Notes: a model not told the origin generated them from the sequence alone. Positions 30,835 to 40,767 are shown, numbered from the stretch's first letter. The stretch is DNA of 64,000 bases from Akkermansia muciniphila (GCA_945870025.1 CAMBQN010000002.1:6994-70993); one strand, 5' to 3'. Translations and numbers: made by a program.

Positions 30835-31937
30835 GATCTCAAATGGACGAACCGTTCTGCACCTGGAAGCCGAACTGGGCCGAGAGCCGGCAGCACTATG
30901 TGGATTGGTGGAACCACACGGGTCTGGTTATTGGCGGATGGGGCACGCCGCCGCTGCCGGTGCCGAATGACCCAACGCCAGTCCCCCCACCGCCGCCGGG
31001 CGGAGACCGCGCGCGCTTTGATGACGTTGAATGGCGTGCTCAGCAGGCGTTCGCCTGGCTGGGGAAGTGCCATTTCGGTGCTGACCATTTGGCCATGGCC
31101 GAAACCCAGCTCGGGGCGAACACCCTGGCGTTGCTGCTTGGCGCGGAACCCCGCTTCACGCCGGAGACCGTCTGGATTGATCCGACCCTTAACACGGTGC
31201 CGGATGTCCTTTCGCTGCCGCCATTCCGGCTCGATCGGGATTCCCACTGGTTGCGGCTTATCGAGGCGCAGGGACGCCGGCACAAGGAACTCAGCGCCGG
31301 CCGCTACCTCGTCGGCATGCCGCTCCTGGTCTCCAATTTCGACATTCTGGGCACACTCCGCGATCCCCAACTGCTGCTGATGGACATGGTGGATAATCCC
31401 GAGTGGGTGATCCGGGCCATGCAGGAGATCAACCAGGCGTATTTTGAAGCCTATGACCGGATCTACAATGTCTGCAAGGATCCGGACGGCGGCGTGGGGT
31501 CCTGGGGCTACTCGCAATGGGCGCCCGGCAAGACCGATCTGGTGACCTGCGATATCGCCGCCATGATCTCGCCGGAAATGTTCCGCGATTTCGTCAAACC
31601 GGCCCTGGCCGAGCAGTGCGCCTGGCTGGACTATCCCATCTTGCACCTGGACGGCACGCAGTGCCTCTGCCACCTCGACCACATTCTCGACATCGAGCCG
31701 TTGAAGGCGGTGGAGTGGACGCCGAATACCGATGAGCCGGGTAGGCACGAACGGTGGTTCCCGATCTACAAACGCATCCTGGATGCCGGCAAGTCGGTGC
31801 AGATCCTGGGCGGCAGCACGGACGACATTGAGCCGATCCTCAAGGCGATCGGATCAAAGGGTGTTTACATCTACGGGTCAAACAACACGATCGAGGAGAT
31901 CGAAGCCTCCGCCCGCATCGGCGACCGGTGGCGATAG
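30831..31937 (+). CDS. URO-D-fold protein (HLDG subtype)
   Basis: LRDPQLLLMDMVDNPE, CDIAAMISPEMFRDFVKP, LHLDG, VEWTP. Confidence 0.8.
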   Translation: MRSQMDEPFCTWKPNWAESRQHYVDWWNHTGLVIGGWGTPPLPVPNDPTPVPPPPPGGDRARFDDVEWRAQQAFAWLGKCHFGADHLAMAETQLGANTLALLLGAEPRFTPETVWIDPTLNTVPDVLSLPPFRLDRDSHWLRLIEAQGRRHKELSAGRYLVGMPLLVSNFDILGTLRDPQLLLMDMVDNPEWVIRAMQEINQAYFEAYDRIYNVCKDPDGGVGSWGYSQWAPGKTDLVTCDIAAMISPEMFRDFVKPALAEQCAWLDYPILHLDGTQCLCHLDHILDIEPLKAVEWTPNTDEPGRHERWFPIYKRILDAGKSVQILGGSTDDIEPILKAIGSKGVYIYGSNNTIEEIEASARIGDRWR

Positions 31938-31982
31938 CGCTAGGTAGACGACGCTCAAAAGGCGGAAATAGGAGAAGTTGTT

Positions 31983-33746
31983 ATGAGTCGTGTGAAGTCA
32001 TCGAAACATTTGCATGCCGCGGACTGGCTCAGCGAGGCGCGCATCGGCGCGTTCATGCACTTCCTGCCCGGGATTGGCTCGGGGCCGGCGGCAGTCGCCG
32101 GATTCGATGTCGAGGCATTGGCACAGCAACTGGAAGGGATAGGCGCGCGATATTTTGTGCTCACGCTGAGCCAGAACGCCGGCTGGGTCAATTCGCCCAA
32201 TGCCGCCTACGACCGGATGGCCGGGTTTAGGTCTGGGGAGCGGTGCGCGACACGCGACCTGCCGCTCGATCTCCATCGCGCCCTGAGCACCCGTGGGATC
32301 CGGCTGATGCTCTATCTGCCGTGCCAAACGCCCAATCGCGATCCGCGCGCACAGCATGGCTTCGGCTTCCCCCCGGGCCATGTGGACCAACCCATTGACG
32401 TGGCAGCCGCGCGGAAATGGGCCGAGGCCATTTATGAATGGTCCGCGCGGTATGGCGAGAAGGTCAGTGGGTGGTGGTTTGACGCCGGCTATCCGCACAT
32501 CGGTTTCAACGAGGAGATCGCCGGGATCTATGCGGATGCCGTCAAACGCGGAAACCCCAAGGCCATCGTCACCTTCAACCCCGGCATCATGCTCATCCGC
32601 CATACGCAGGCCGAGGACTACACCGCGGGAGAGTTGAACGAGCCGTTGGACGTCGTGCCGACGTCCCGCCGGGTGGACGGTTCGCAGTGGCATTGCCTGA
32701 CTTACATGGGCTCGGACTGGGGGAAACGGAATGTCCGGTATTCGACCGGGCAATGGCAGGCGTGGCTCAAGAAAGTCTTTGCCCAAGGCGGCGCGGTGAC
32801 GTTCGACATGGGCCCCAACATGAACCCGGAGGCTGGCTTCATCGGCGAGATCGCGCCGGACCAGGCAGCCCAGTTCCGCACCCTTGCGCAACAGGCCGCG
32901 GAGAAAGCGGAAGATGCGGAAGGCGGCAAGGCGCCGGCCCGACGGACTTGCTTGCGAATCCGATCCGCTTCACGAAGCCGCGGCGCGCCGACGCTGCCCA
33001 CGGCTTGGCCGTTCAATGCGAAGGAAGCCCGGCAACGACAGATGACGTATGCCAAGCTCACGGGCCTGCCGATCGAACATAGCGTGGACTTGGGCCGCGG
33101 GATGAAGCTGGAGCTGGTTCTGATTCCGCCGGGGCAGTTCCAGATGGGCAGCCCAGCCGACGAGCACGGCCGCGACAGCGACGAGGTGCAACACCTGACC
33201 ACCTTGTGCAAAGGGTTCTACCTCGGCAAGTACCCGGTCACCCAGGCGCAGTGGGATGCCGTGCTGGGGAGCAATCCCAGCAAGTTCAAGGGACGCAACA
33301 GCCCGGTGGATCAAGCACGCTGGGAAGATTGTCAGGCTCTATGCCGGGCGCTGGGAACAGGCTTCCGCCTGCCCACGGAAGCGGAGTGGGAATACGCTTG
33401 CCGTGCGGGAACTGGTGGCGCGTATGCCGGGATTCTGGATGAGATGGCCTGGCATGATGGAAACAGTGGAGCGATCACCCATGCCGTGGGACAGAAGAAG
33501 CCGAATGCCTGGGGGTTGTGCGACATGCACGGCAACGTCTGGGAGTGGTGCGCGGACGGGTATCGCAACTATCCCGCCTCCGCGGTGACGGATCCCGTGG
33601 GCAGTGAGTCTGGCCGGCACCGCGTAATCCGCGGCGGTAGTTGGATCAGCGACGCCCGGGACTGCCGTTCCGCGGAACGCAACTGGCGCATCGCCGAAAA
33701 CCGTAACGACGACATCGGCTGCCGGCTGGTTCTTTTCCCCCTCTGA
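31983..33746 (+). CDS. GH29-like TIM-barrel domain fused to FGE-sulfatase (SUMF1) domain
   Basis: N-terminal GAFMHF, GARYFVLT, RYGEKVSGWWFDAG, VTFNPG. C-terminal GQFQMGS, YPVTQAQW, FRLPTEAEWEYACRAG, PNAWGLCDMHGNVWEWC, RGGSW. Confidence 0.78.
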   Translation: MSRVKSSKHLHAADWLSEARIGAFMHFLPGIGSGPAAVAGFDVEALAQQLEGIGARYFVLTLSQNAGWVNSPNAAYDRMAGFRSGERCATRDLPLDLHRALSTRGIRLMLYLPCQTPNRDPRAQHGFGFPPGHVDQPIDVAAARKWAEAIYEWSARYGEKVSGWWFDAGYPHIGFNEEIAGIYADAVKRGNPKAIVTFNPGIMLIRHTQAEDYTAGELNEPLDVVPTSRRVDGSQWHCLTYMGSDWGKRNVRYSTGQWQAWLKKVFAQGGAVTFDMGPNMNPEAGFIGEIAPDQAAQFRTLAQQAAEKAEDAEGGKAPARRTCLRIRSASRSRGAPTLPTAWPFNAKEARQRQMTYAKLTGLPIEHSVDLGRGMKLELVLIPPGQFQMGSPADEHGRDSDEVQHLTTLCKGFYLGKYPVTQAQWDAVLGSNPSKFKGRNSPVDQARWEDCQALCRALGTGFRLPTEAEWEYACRAGTGGAYAGILDEMAWHDGNSGAITHAVGQKKPNAWGLCDMHGNVWEWCADGYRNYPASAVTDPVGSESGRHRVIRGGSWISDARDCRSAERNWRIAENRNDDIGCRLVLFPL

Positions 33747-33785
33747 TCACAAACCACCAAAGGGAGACACGCTGAGCAGGAAAGA

Positions 33786-33875
33786 AGGCACCTAAAAGTC
33801 GGCAAGCGGCTCACCCTCTCGGTCCAGCGCAGCCAGAAGCAGGTGAATGTCGATGTGACCGTGAAAACTGAGTGA
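33786..33875 (+). pseudogene. Possible remnant of a PDZ-domain C-terminus
   Basis: RHLKVGKRLTLSVQRSQKQVNVDVTVKTE* resembles the last strands of protease-associated PDZ domains; no start codon. Confidence 0.3.
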
Positions 33876-34109
33876 ACCTAGGGAAACTGGCCTTCGACGC
33901 GGCGGGACGCCGCTGCGCGATCCGTTTTCGCGCTTTTTCTTCTCCTGAACCTTATACCCAATCCCTTCCAGAAACGTCCATTTTTTTTCGTGTTATTTTT
34001 TGGGTTGACGAATCACCGACGGCGTGACAAACTACCCAATGACGATGGTTTGGAAATGGGTATTATTCGTGTTTAACCGCGACGCAAGTCGCACAGAAGG
34101 AAGGTAATT

Positions 34110-34766
34110 ATGACGTTTCGCAAAGCTAAAGGGTTCACCCTCGTTGAAATGTTGGTGGTGATCGCGATCATCGCCATTCTGGCGGCCGCATTGTTCCCGC
34201 AGATTCAGAACGCGATAGACCAAGCCCGCGCAACGGCTATGAAGAACAAGGGCCGCGGCATCTGGATTGGTCTTGTTTCCGCAAATAATGAGCGCACTGT
34301 GCTCTCAAAGGATTCGGCATGGCCGACTGAGCTGGGGAAAACCACGGGCACGGCGTATTTTCAAGCTATGTTTGGTGGTGACGACGGAGTTTTTTCAACG
34401 GAACCCGACGGCCAGTTGGTCAGCGATGTGAAGACCGACATGTTATCAGCCCGGGGCTTTCCGCCTGCGGCAAAAGGCACGTCACCGGCCAAAGAGAACA
34501 TCGCGTGGCGAGTTTTTGGCACGAGCGATGATTCCGGGGGTGGTGACGCCTTCATGGCGAGCAAAGACCTTGGCGACGGCACGGCCGTTACCGTCGTTTC
34601 AAACACGACGACCGTTGCTTTGAGTTCAAAAGGCCCTTTCGGCGGACGCAGGGTGACATATGTTACTGTGGGAGGTGGCTGTTTAGACGCCCGCAAAATT
34701 TATTTGAAGAATCTCGACCTGTTAATGGGCGGAACCACCAACACGATCTATCTTCTCGCCGACTAG
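34110..34766 (+). CDS. Prepilin-type N-terminal cleavage/methylation domain protein
   Basis: KAKG^FTLVEMLVVIAIIAILAAALFP. Confidence 0.9.
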   Translation: MTFRKAKGFTLVEMLVVIAIIAILAAALFPQIQNAIDQARATAMKNKGRGIWIGLVSANNERTVLSKDSAWPTELGKTTGTAYFQAMFGGDDGVFSTEPDGQLVSDVKTDMLSARGFPPAAKGTSPAKENIAWRVFGTSDDSGGGDAFMASKDLGDGTAVTVVSNTTTVALSSKGPFGGRRVTYVTVGGGCLDARKIYLKNLDLLMGGTTNTIYLLAD

Positions 34767-34794
34767 TTCGTATTGTGTGTGTGTGGGTGATGTG

Positions 34795-37104
34795 ATGGTC
34801 GCACGGGTGGCTTTGGACGCGGCGCTGGACCGGCTGTTCGACTACGCCGTGCCCGAGGAATGGGTTGAGCGCATCCGCACCGGCGTGCGGGTGCGCGTTC
34901 CTTTTGGTTCGCGCGTCTGTTCGGGATACGTCATCGAATGTTCCGATCAGCCCGAGCCGCGCGTGGCGGCCGCGGGTGTGGCGGTGCAGCGAGGCCTGTT
35001 CAGCGAGGATGACGCGCCGACGGCTGGAGGCGGTCGGCTCCGCTTGATCGCCGGAATTGACGATGACCGCCCGTTCTTCTCCGAGACTCTGATCCGCCTG
35101 ATCCGCTGGATCGCCGACTATTACTTTGCCCCGCTGGAAGTGTCGCTCCGCTGCGCCCTCCCCGCGCCGGTCCGGGACGGCGGCTCGAAGCCGAAGGAAC
35201 AGGTGTTTGTGGGCCTGCCGGCGGCGAAAGCACAAACGTCATCAACCGATCTCAAGCCGCCGCTGACCGCCCGCCAGCAGGCCCTCATCGCCGAAATCCG
35301 CGTTCGCGGCGGTGGGTTGCTCCAGATCCTCTGCCGTGAGCTGAAATGCGCCCCCGAGACGATCAAGCGCCTAGCCGCCGCAGGCTGGCTGACGCTGGAG
35401 GCGCGCCAGATCCGGCGCGACCCGCTCGCCAACCGCACCATCCTCCCAACCGGTCCGCTCGCCCTGATGCCCCAGCAGGCGGCCGCCTTGCAACTGATTT
35501 GCGCCGATTGCGACGCCGCACTCGCCGCCCGCGCTGCCGCTACCGTCAAGCCACCGCCGCCGGTGCTGCTCTACGGAGTGACCGGCTCGGGCAAGACCGA
35601 GGTCTACCTGCAGGCCATCGCGCACGTGCTGGAGCGCGGCGGCGGGGCGATCGTGCTGGTCCCCGAAATCGCGCTCACCCCCCAGACGGTGCAGCGGTTC
35701 GCCGGGCGGTTCGGCGGGCGGATCGCCGTCCTGCACAGCGCCCTGAGCGAGGGCGAGCGGTTCGACGAGTGGCATCGGATCCGCGATGGCGACGCTCGCG
35801 TGGTGATCGGGCCGCGTTCAGCCGTGTTCGCGCCCGTGGCCAATCTGGGGCTGATCGTGGTGGACGAGGAGCACGAACCGAGCTACAAGCAGGACGAGGC
35901 ACCGCGTTACAACGCCCGCGACACGGCGGTGATGCGCGGCTGGCTCGAGGGCTGCGGCGTGGTGCTCGGCTCGGCCACGCCCGCCATGGAGTCGTGGATC
36001 AACGTCCGGCGCGGCAAGTACGCGCTGGCGCAGATCGAGAACCGCGTCGAGGATCGCTCCATGCCGACGGTCGAGGTTGTCGACATGCGCCTCGAAACGG
36101 CGCGCAGCGGTCATGCGCAAGTCTTTTCGCAACGGCTGATTGAGACCATTCAGGGACGGCTGACCGTCGGCGAGCAGGTGATCCTGTTTCTCAACCGCCG
36201 GGGCTTTGCCACGTCGCTGGTCTGCACCCACTGCGGTTTTGTGGCGGAGTGCGACGCGTGCAGCACCGCCTATACCTACCATCAGACCGACAATCGCCTC
36301 CGGTGCCACATCTGCGGCGCGTGCGCCACCGTGCCGGCCGCATGCCCCGGCTGCGGCGACCCGGCGTTCCGCTACGCCGGTTTCGGGACGCAGCGGATCG
36401 AAACGATCGCACAGACGTGCTTTCCCCAGGCGCGGATCGCCCGGCTCGACGCCGATGCAGCCGCGCGCAAGCACGGGCCTGACGAAATTCTGGGCGCCTT
36501 CCGATCCGGCAAGACCGACATTCTGATCGGCACGCAGATGATCGCCAAGGGCCACCACTTTCCCAATGTCACCCTCGTCGGCGTGCTGCTGGCCGATTCG
36601 AGCCTGCACATGCCCGACTACCGGGCGGGTGAGCGCACGTTCCAGCTCCTGGCGCAGGTCTCAGGCCGGTCCGGCCGCGGCGAGATCCCCGGCCACGTGA
36701 TCGTTCAGACCTACACCCCGGACCATCCGGCGATCGAGGCCGCGCGCACCGCGGATTTTCCGCGCTTCGCCGAAAGCGAGCTTGTTTTGCGCCGCGACGG
36801 GGGACTCCCGCCGTACAGCCACGTGGTCTGCCTGACGTTCAAGGGTCGCGATGAGGGCAACGTCGCCTTTGCGGCCGCCGCGCTGCACAAGGCGCTCGCG
36901 CCCCTGCTGCCGCCTGGCGCGGAATGCCCCGAACCGATGCCCGCGCCGCTCGCCCGCGCCAAGGGCGACTACCGGTATCAGATGCTCCTGCGCGCGGCCT
37001 CGGTGCGGCTGCTCACCGGGCCGCTGCGCCGGGCGGTCAAGGCCGCGCCGCCGCCCGCCGACGTCTCGCTGGCGGTGGACGTCGACGCGCTATCCGTGAT
37101 GTGA
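34795..37104 (+). CDS. priA: Primosomal protein N'
   Basis: GVTGSGKTEVY, VPEIALTPQ, DEEHE, NRRGF with four CxxC, GTQMIAKG. Confidence 0.96.
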   Translation: MVARVALDAALDRLFDYAVPEEWVERIRTGVRVRVPFGSRVCSGYVIECSDQPEPRVAAAGVAVQRGLFSEDDAPTAGGGRLRLIAGIDDDRPFFSETLIRLIRWIADYYFAPLEVSLRCALPAPVRDGGSKPKEQVFVGLPAAKAQTSSTDLKPPLTARQQALIAEIRVRGGGLLQILCRELKCAPETIKRLAAAGWLTLEARQIRRDPLANRTILPTGPLALMPQQAAALQLICADCDAALAARAAATVKPPPPVLLYGVTGSGKTEVYLQAIAHVLERGGGAIVLVPEIALTPQTVQRFAGRFGGRIAVLHSALSEGERFDEWHRIRDGDARVVIGPRSAVFAPVANLGLIVVDEEHEPSYKQDEAPRYNARDTAVMRGWLEGCGVVLGSATPAMESWINVRRGKYALAQIENRVEDRSMPTVEVVDMRLETARSGHAQVFSQRLIETIQGRLTVGEQVILFLNRRGFATSLVCTHCGFVAECDACSTAYTYHQTDNRLRCHICGACATVPAACPGCGDPAFRYAGFGTQRIETIAQTCFPQARIARLDADAAARKHGPDEILGAFRSGKTDILIGTQMIAKGHHFPNVTLVGVLLADSSLHMPDYRAGERTFQLLAQVSGRSGRGEIPGHVIVQTYTPDHPAIEAARTADFPRFAESELVLRRDGGLPPYSHVVCLTFKGRDEGNVAFAAAALHKALAPLLPPGAECPEPMPAPLARAKGDYRYQMLLRAASVRLLTGPLRRAVKAAPPPADVSLAVDVDALSVM

Positions 37105-37110
37105 TCGCTC

Positions 37111-37145
37111 AAAAAAACGAGGCCGTCCCTTGCGGAACGACCTCG
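37111..37145 (-). terminator. Rho-independent terminator
   Basis: Minus strand CGAGGTCGTTCC-GCAA-GGGACGGCCTCG-TTTTTTT, downstream of the small secreted-protein gene. Confidence 0.8.
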
Positions 37146-37168
37146 CACGACACAGAAAGCAAATAGAA

Positions 37169-37375
37169 CTATTGGCCCATCGGCTTGGGGGCGTCCTTCT
37201 TGATTTCGGTGACCTTGACCGCGTTGGTCGTCACGACGCCCGTGACCGCATTGGTCGTCACAACAACTGCCGCAGGGGCCTTCGGTGCGACCTTCACAGG
37301 AGCAGCAGCCTCTTCCGCGATGGCTGCGAATCCCATAGCCGCAACACAAACCGCGATCAGAACTGAATACTTCAT
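37169..37375 (-). CDS. Small (68 aa) secreted low-complexity protein
   Basis: MKYSVLIAVCVAAMGFAAIA signal peptide, VVTTNAV twice, AGAGGAG RBS upstream, own terminator. Confidence 0.75.
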   Translation of the reverse strand: MKYSVLIAVCVAAMGFAAIAEEAAAPVKVAPKAPAAVVVTTNAVTGVVTTNAVKVTEIKKDAPKPMGQ

Positions 37376-37686
37376 GGTATCTCTTCTCCTCTGAGAAATC
37401 CATGTGCTCCCTCGCAAAGATGTGCCTATCGGCCCTTTCCCGCGAGACAACCCATGAACTGAAGGAGCTTGGCATCCACCATGGACGCTTACTTCCAACA
37501 GTCTTTCCCAGTTACAGTTTTTTGCGTAACGACATGCTACGCCGAAAAACATGTAAGAGATGTTATCAATCTTGGACGCCCGCGTCAAGTGGAAGCTGGA
37601 AAATGCCGTCCTACGCGTTGACATTGTAATTCGGAAATGCAAAACTTACATTTTGTCTATTGTTCGGGGCTGAGGCGGGGTAACGC

Positions 37687-38136
37687 ATGAAGGCGTTGAT
37701 ACAACGGGTGACGGAGGCGTCGGTCACGGTCGACGGTGAGGCGGTCGCCACGATCGGCCGGGGGCTGCTGGTGCTGCTCGGCATCTGCCACGAGGATGGC
37801 GAAAAGGATGTGCTGTGGCTGGCGCGAAAATTGCCCCAGTTGCGGATCTTCGAGGACGATGCGGGCGCGATGAACCGCTCGCTCGAGGATGTTGGCGGCG
37901 CCGTGATCGTGGTCTCGCAATTCACGCTCTACGCCGACGCCAGCCACGGGAACCGGCCGGGCTTTTCGGCGGCGGCGCGCCCCGAGCAAGCGGAACCGCT
38001 CTACGACTCGCTCGTTGCGCATCTACGCGCCCGACTCGGCCCGCAACGGGTCGGCACCGGACGCTTTGGCGCCGACATGCAGGTGCGGCTGGTCAACGAC
38101 GGCCCCGTGACGATCGAGCTGGAAAGCGGAACCTGA
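37687..38136 (+). CDS. dtd: D-aminoacyl-tRNA deacylase
   Basis: [31 protein letters not shown]. Confidence 0.96.
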   Translation: MKALIQRVTEASVTVDGEAVATIGRGLLVLLGICHEDGEKDVLWLARKLPQLRIFEDDAGAMNRSLEDVGGAVIVVSQFTLYADASHGNRPGFSAAARPEQAEPLYDSLVAHLRARLGPQRVGTGRFGADMQVRLVNDGPVTIELESGT

Positions 38137-38195
38137 TTTTGTGGTTGTATCCGGGCCGCTCACATGAAATAATGCCCCGTTAAAGGAGCCTGAAT

Positions 38196-38330
38196 ATGGA
38201 CACACTGACATTTGGCCTCACCCTGCTCGTCGTCGGCATGGGCGGCACGCTGGTGGCACTGGCCACACTCGCCTTATTGATGGAACTCTTGAAAAAGATA
38301 TTTCCTCATCACAACTCCGAAGCCAAATAA
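38196..38330 (+). CDS. OadG-like small membrane subunit (44 aa)
   Basis: MDTLTFGLTLLVVGMGGTLVALATLALLMELLKKIFPHHNSEAK*, AAGGAG RBS, directly before oadB; below the ORF-track cutoff. Confidence 0.75.
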   Translation: MDTLTFGLTLLVVGMGGTLVALATLALLMELLKKIFPHHNSEAK

Positions 38331-38354
38331 GACGCCGGACAACAGGAGATCACC

Positions 38355-39506
38355 ATGTTCGAAGCAATCATGAATGGGTTGAGCGGTCTGGGTGCGGGCG
38401 TGGCCCATTTGCAAGGGTCCAATCTCGTGATGATCGCGGTTGGCGGCGTGCTGCTCTACCTCGCGATCAAGAAGGATGTCGAACCGCTGCTGCTGGTGCC
38501 GATCGGCTTCGGCGCCATTCTGGTCAACATTCCCCTAGCCAACCTGATGGGCGAGGGCGGCTTTCTGCGCACCATTTACAACATGGGCATCGCCAACGAG
38601 CTTTTTCCCCTCCTGATCTTCATCGGCATCGGCGCCATGACTGACTTCGGTCCGTTGCTGGAGAATCCGAAGATCTTTCTACTGGGTGCCGCCGGCCAGT
38701 TCGGCATCTTCCTGACGATCGGGCTGGCCCTGCTCTTCGGTTTCGACAAGCTGGACGCCGTGACGATCGGCGTCATTGGCGCCTGCGACGGGCCGACGGC
38801 CATCTTTGTGGCTTCGCGCTACGCCCCCCATCTGCTCGCGGCCGTCTCCGTCGCGGCCTACTCCTACATGTCGCTGGTGCCGATCATCCAGCCCCCCATC
38901 ATGCGGCTGCTGACCACCGAGAAGGAGCGCGCCATCAACATGACCGAGCGGGCCAAAAAGACGGCGCCGGTATCGAAAAACGCCCGGATCATCTTTCCGA
39001 TCATGGTGACCATTTTCGGCGGCCTGGTCGCCCCTCAGGGGCTTCCCCTGATCGCCACGATCATGCTCGGCAACCTGATGCGGGAATGCGGCGTGGTGAG
39101 CCGCCTGACCAAGGCCACCGAGAACGAGATCGCCAACGTGGTGACGCTCTTCCTGGGCATCTCCATCGGCGCCACGATGGACGGCGTCGCGTTCCTAACT
39201 ACGCAGACCCTGATGATCCTGATGTTCGGCTTCGTGGCCATCTGCCTGGACACCGTGTGCGGCGTTCTCTTCGGCAAGCTCATGTGCTTCCTGACTGGAG
39301 GCCGGATCAACCCCCTGATCGGGGCGGCGGGCATTTCGGCGTATCCCATGGCCGCGCGGGTCGTGCAGAAGGAGGGTCTGAAACACAACCCGTCCAACTA
39401 CCTGCTGATGCATGCCGTGGGAGCCAACACCGGCGGGCAGATCGGCTCGGTCATGGCTGCGGCCATCATGCTGTCGGTGCTCAAAGGCATGGGCATCATT
39501 CCGTAA
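38355..39506 (+). CDS. oadB: Sodium-translocating decarboxylase beta subunit
   Basis: EPLLLVPIGFG, IGAMTDFGP, IGACDGPT, AAYSYMSLVPIIQPP, NPLIGAAGISA. Confidence 0.93.
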   Translation: MFEAIMNGLSGLGAGVAHLQGSNLVMIAVGGVLLYLAIKKDVEPLLLVPIGFGAILVNIPLANLMGEGGFLRTIYNMGIANELFPLLIFIGIGAMTDFGPLLENPKIFLLGAAGQFGIFLTIGLALLFGFDKLDAVTIGVIGACDGPTAIFVASRYAPHLLAAVSVAAYSYMSLVPIIQPPIMRLLTTEKERAINMTERAKKTAPVSKNARIIFPIMVTIFGGLVAPQGLPLIATIMLGNLMRECGVVSRLTKATENEIANVVTLFLGISIGATMDGVAFLTTQTLMILMFGFVAICLDTVCGVLFGKLMCFLTGGRINPLIGAAGISAYPMAARVVQKEGLKHNPSNYLLMHAVGANTGGQIGSVMAAAIMLSVLKGMGIIP

Positions 39507-40767
39507 CGGCCGTGATTCGGCTAAACGGCTTGAGCACGCGTTCCAACGTTGCAGGCCCCTGGAGATACGAGAGCAGAACACCGTAGTTGGTGATGGGCAC
39601 GCCCACGGTTTCCAAGTCGCGCAAACGGGCCTGGAGTTTCTGTGCGCTGATCATGCAGCCCCCGCAGTGGATGATCAATGTGTACTGCTCCAACTGCTTG
39701 TTGTCTTGAAACTCGCGGCCGAAGTTGTGCTCGATCGTGACGCCTGGATAGTGTTTTGCAAAATGGTTCGGGATCTGCACCGTGCCGATATCTTCGCCAA
39801 TCCGTGAATGATTGCACGCCTCCACGATGAGGACCTTGTCCCCGGATTTCACGGTCTCGAGCGCTTTCACGCCGGCGGCAAAGGTGTGGAGCCTGCCGCG
39901 GCTGAAATAATTGATCATCACAATCGAGAAGGTGGTTAATCCGATGTCCGGGGGGCACCAGTCTTTCATGATGTCCATGGCTTGAGAGTCGGTAATCATC
40001 GTGTGCGGGCGTTTCTTGAAATTCTTCAGAAAGCGCTGAAACCGCGTGTTCTCTTCTTCCGCCTGTTCGCGCGCACCGCGGGCTTTGCCTAAATCCAAGC
40101 GGAACGAGACCGGATAGGCCCAGTGCCTGGTGATGTATTCTTCGACCATGGCCTGGGGGCGCAAGAAACGGCCCGGCGGCGTCTCGACATCCATGGGAAT
40201 GATCAAAACGTAGTATTCGTCTTTTCGGACAAAGGGGAGCAGCTCGGTGGTGTCTTGTTTCGGGGTATAGTTCTTTAGAATGAAATCAATGAGTCCGGCG
40301 CGGTATTTGACATTGTTTGCCTCGATATGAATCTTCTTGTAGAACCGAAGCAGGTCCAGCGCTTCCTCGATCGGCGCCGTCGGGGTCGGGTCAAAGTGAT
40401 TATAGACAATGAGAATTTGCTTGTCTAAATCGCGCGCTTTCTCGATGACGTCCTGTTCGGTGCGGATATCCCGTGTCGCCGGATCAATGACCAGAAGCAC
40501 CAGGTCGCATTCTTTCAAGTCGTTCAATGTCTTGTGGCGCTTCTTCTCGCCGAGTTTCCCGGTTTCGTCCAATCCCGCCGTATCGAAGAGCTTCACCGGG
40601 CCAATGCCGTGGATTTCCTGCAAAGCGATTTGGGTGTCGGCCGTGGTGCCGGGTGTCGGGTCGACAATCGAGGTTTCCTGCTGGGTCAGCAAATTCATCA
40701 CCGAGCTCTTGCCCGAGTTCATTTTGCCAAAAATCCCGATGTGATCTCTTTCCACGAGTACAGACAT
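39496..40767 (-). CDS. hydF: [FeFe]-hydrogenase H-cluster maturation GTPase HydF
   Basis: GKMNSGKSS, GTTAD, DTAG, TDSQ, LTTFSI, EACNH...EDIG...HCGGCM. Confidence 0.88.
   Translation of the reverse strand: MSVLVERDHIGIFGKMNSGKSSVMNLLTQQETSIVDPTPGTTADTQIALQEIHGIGPVKLFDTAGLDETGKLGEKKRHKTLNDLKECDLVLLVIDPATRDIRTEQDVIEKARDLDKQILIVYNHFDPTPTAPIEEALDLLRFYKKIHIEANNVKYRAGLIDFILKNYTPKQDTTELLPFVRKDEYYVLIIPMDVETPPGRFLRPQAMVEEYITRHWAYPVSFRLDLGKARGAREQAEEENTRFQRFLKNFKKRPHTMITDSQAMDIMKDWCPPDIGLTTFSIVMINYFSRGRLHTFAAGVKALETVKSGDKVLIVEACNHSRIGEDIGTVQIPNHFAKHYPGVTIEHNFGREFQDNKQLEQYTLIIHCGGCMISAQKLQARLRDLETVGVPITNYGVLLSYLQGPATLERVLKPFSRITAVTE

Noticed and set aside
33899-33913. GCGGCG-GGA-CGCCGC REP-like mini hairpin
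   Set aside because: Single short copy in GC-rich DNA; cannot be distinguished from chance or a terminator without a genome-wide count.
37376-37686. ncRNA or ORF in the AT-rich gap before dtd
   Set aside because: No recognisable RNA family or convincing coding signal; consistent with divergent promoters.
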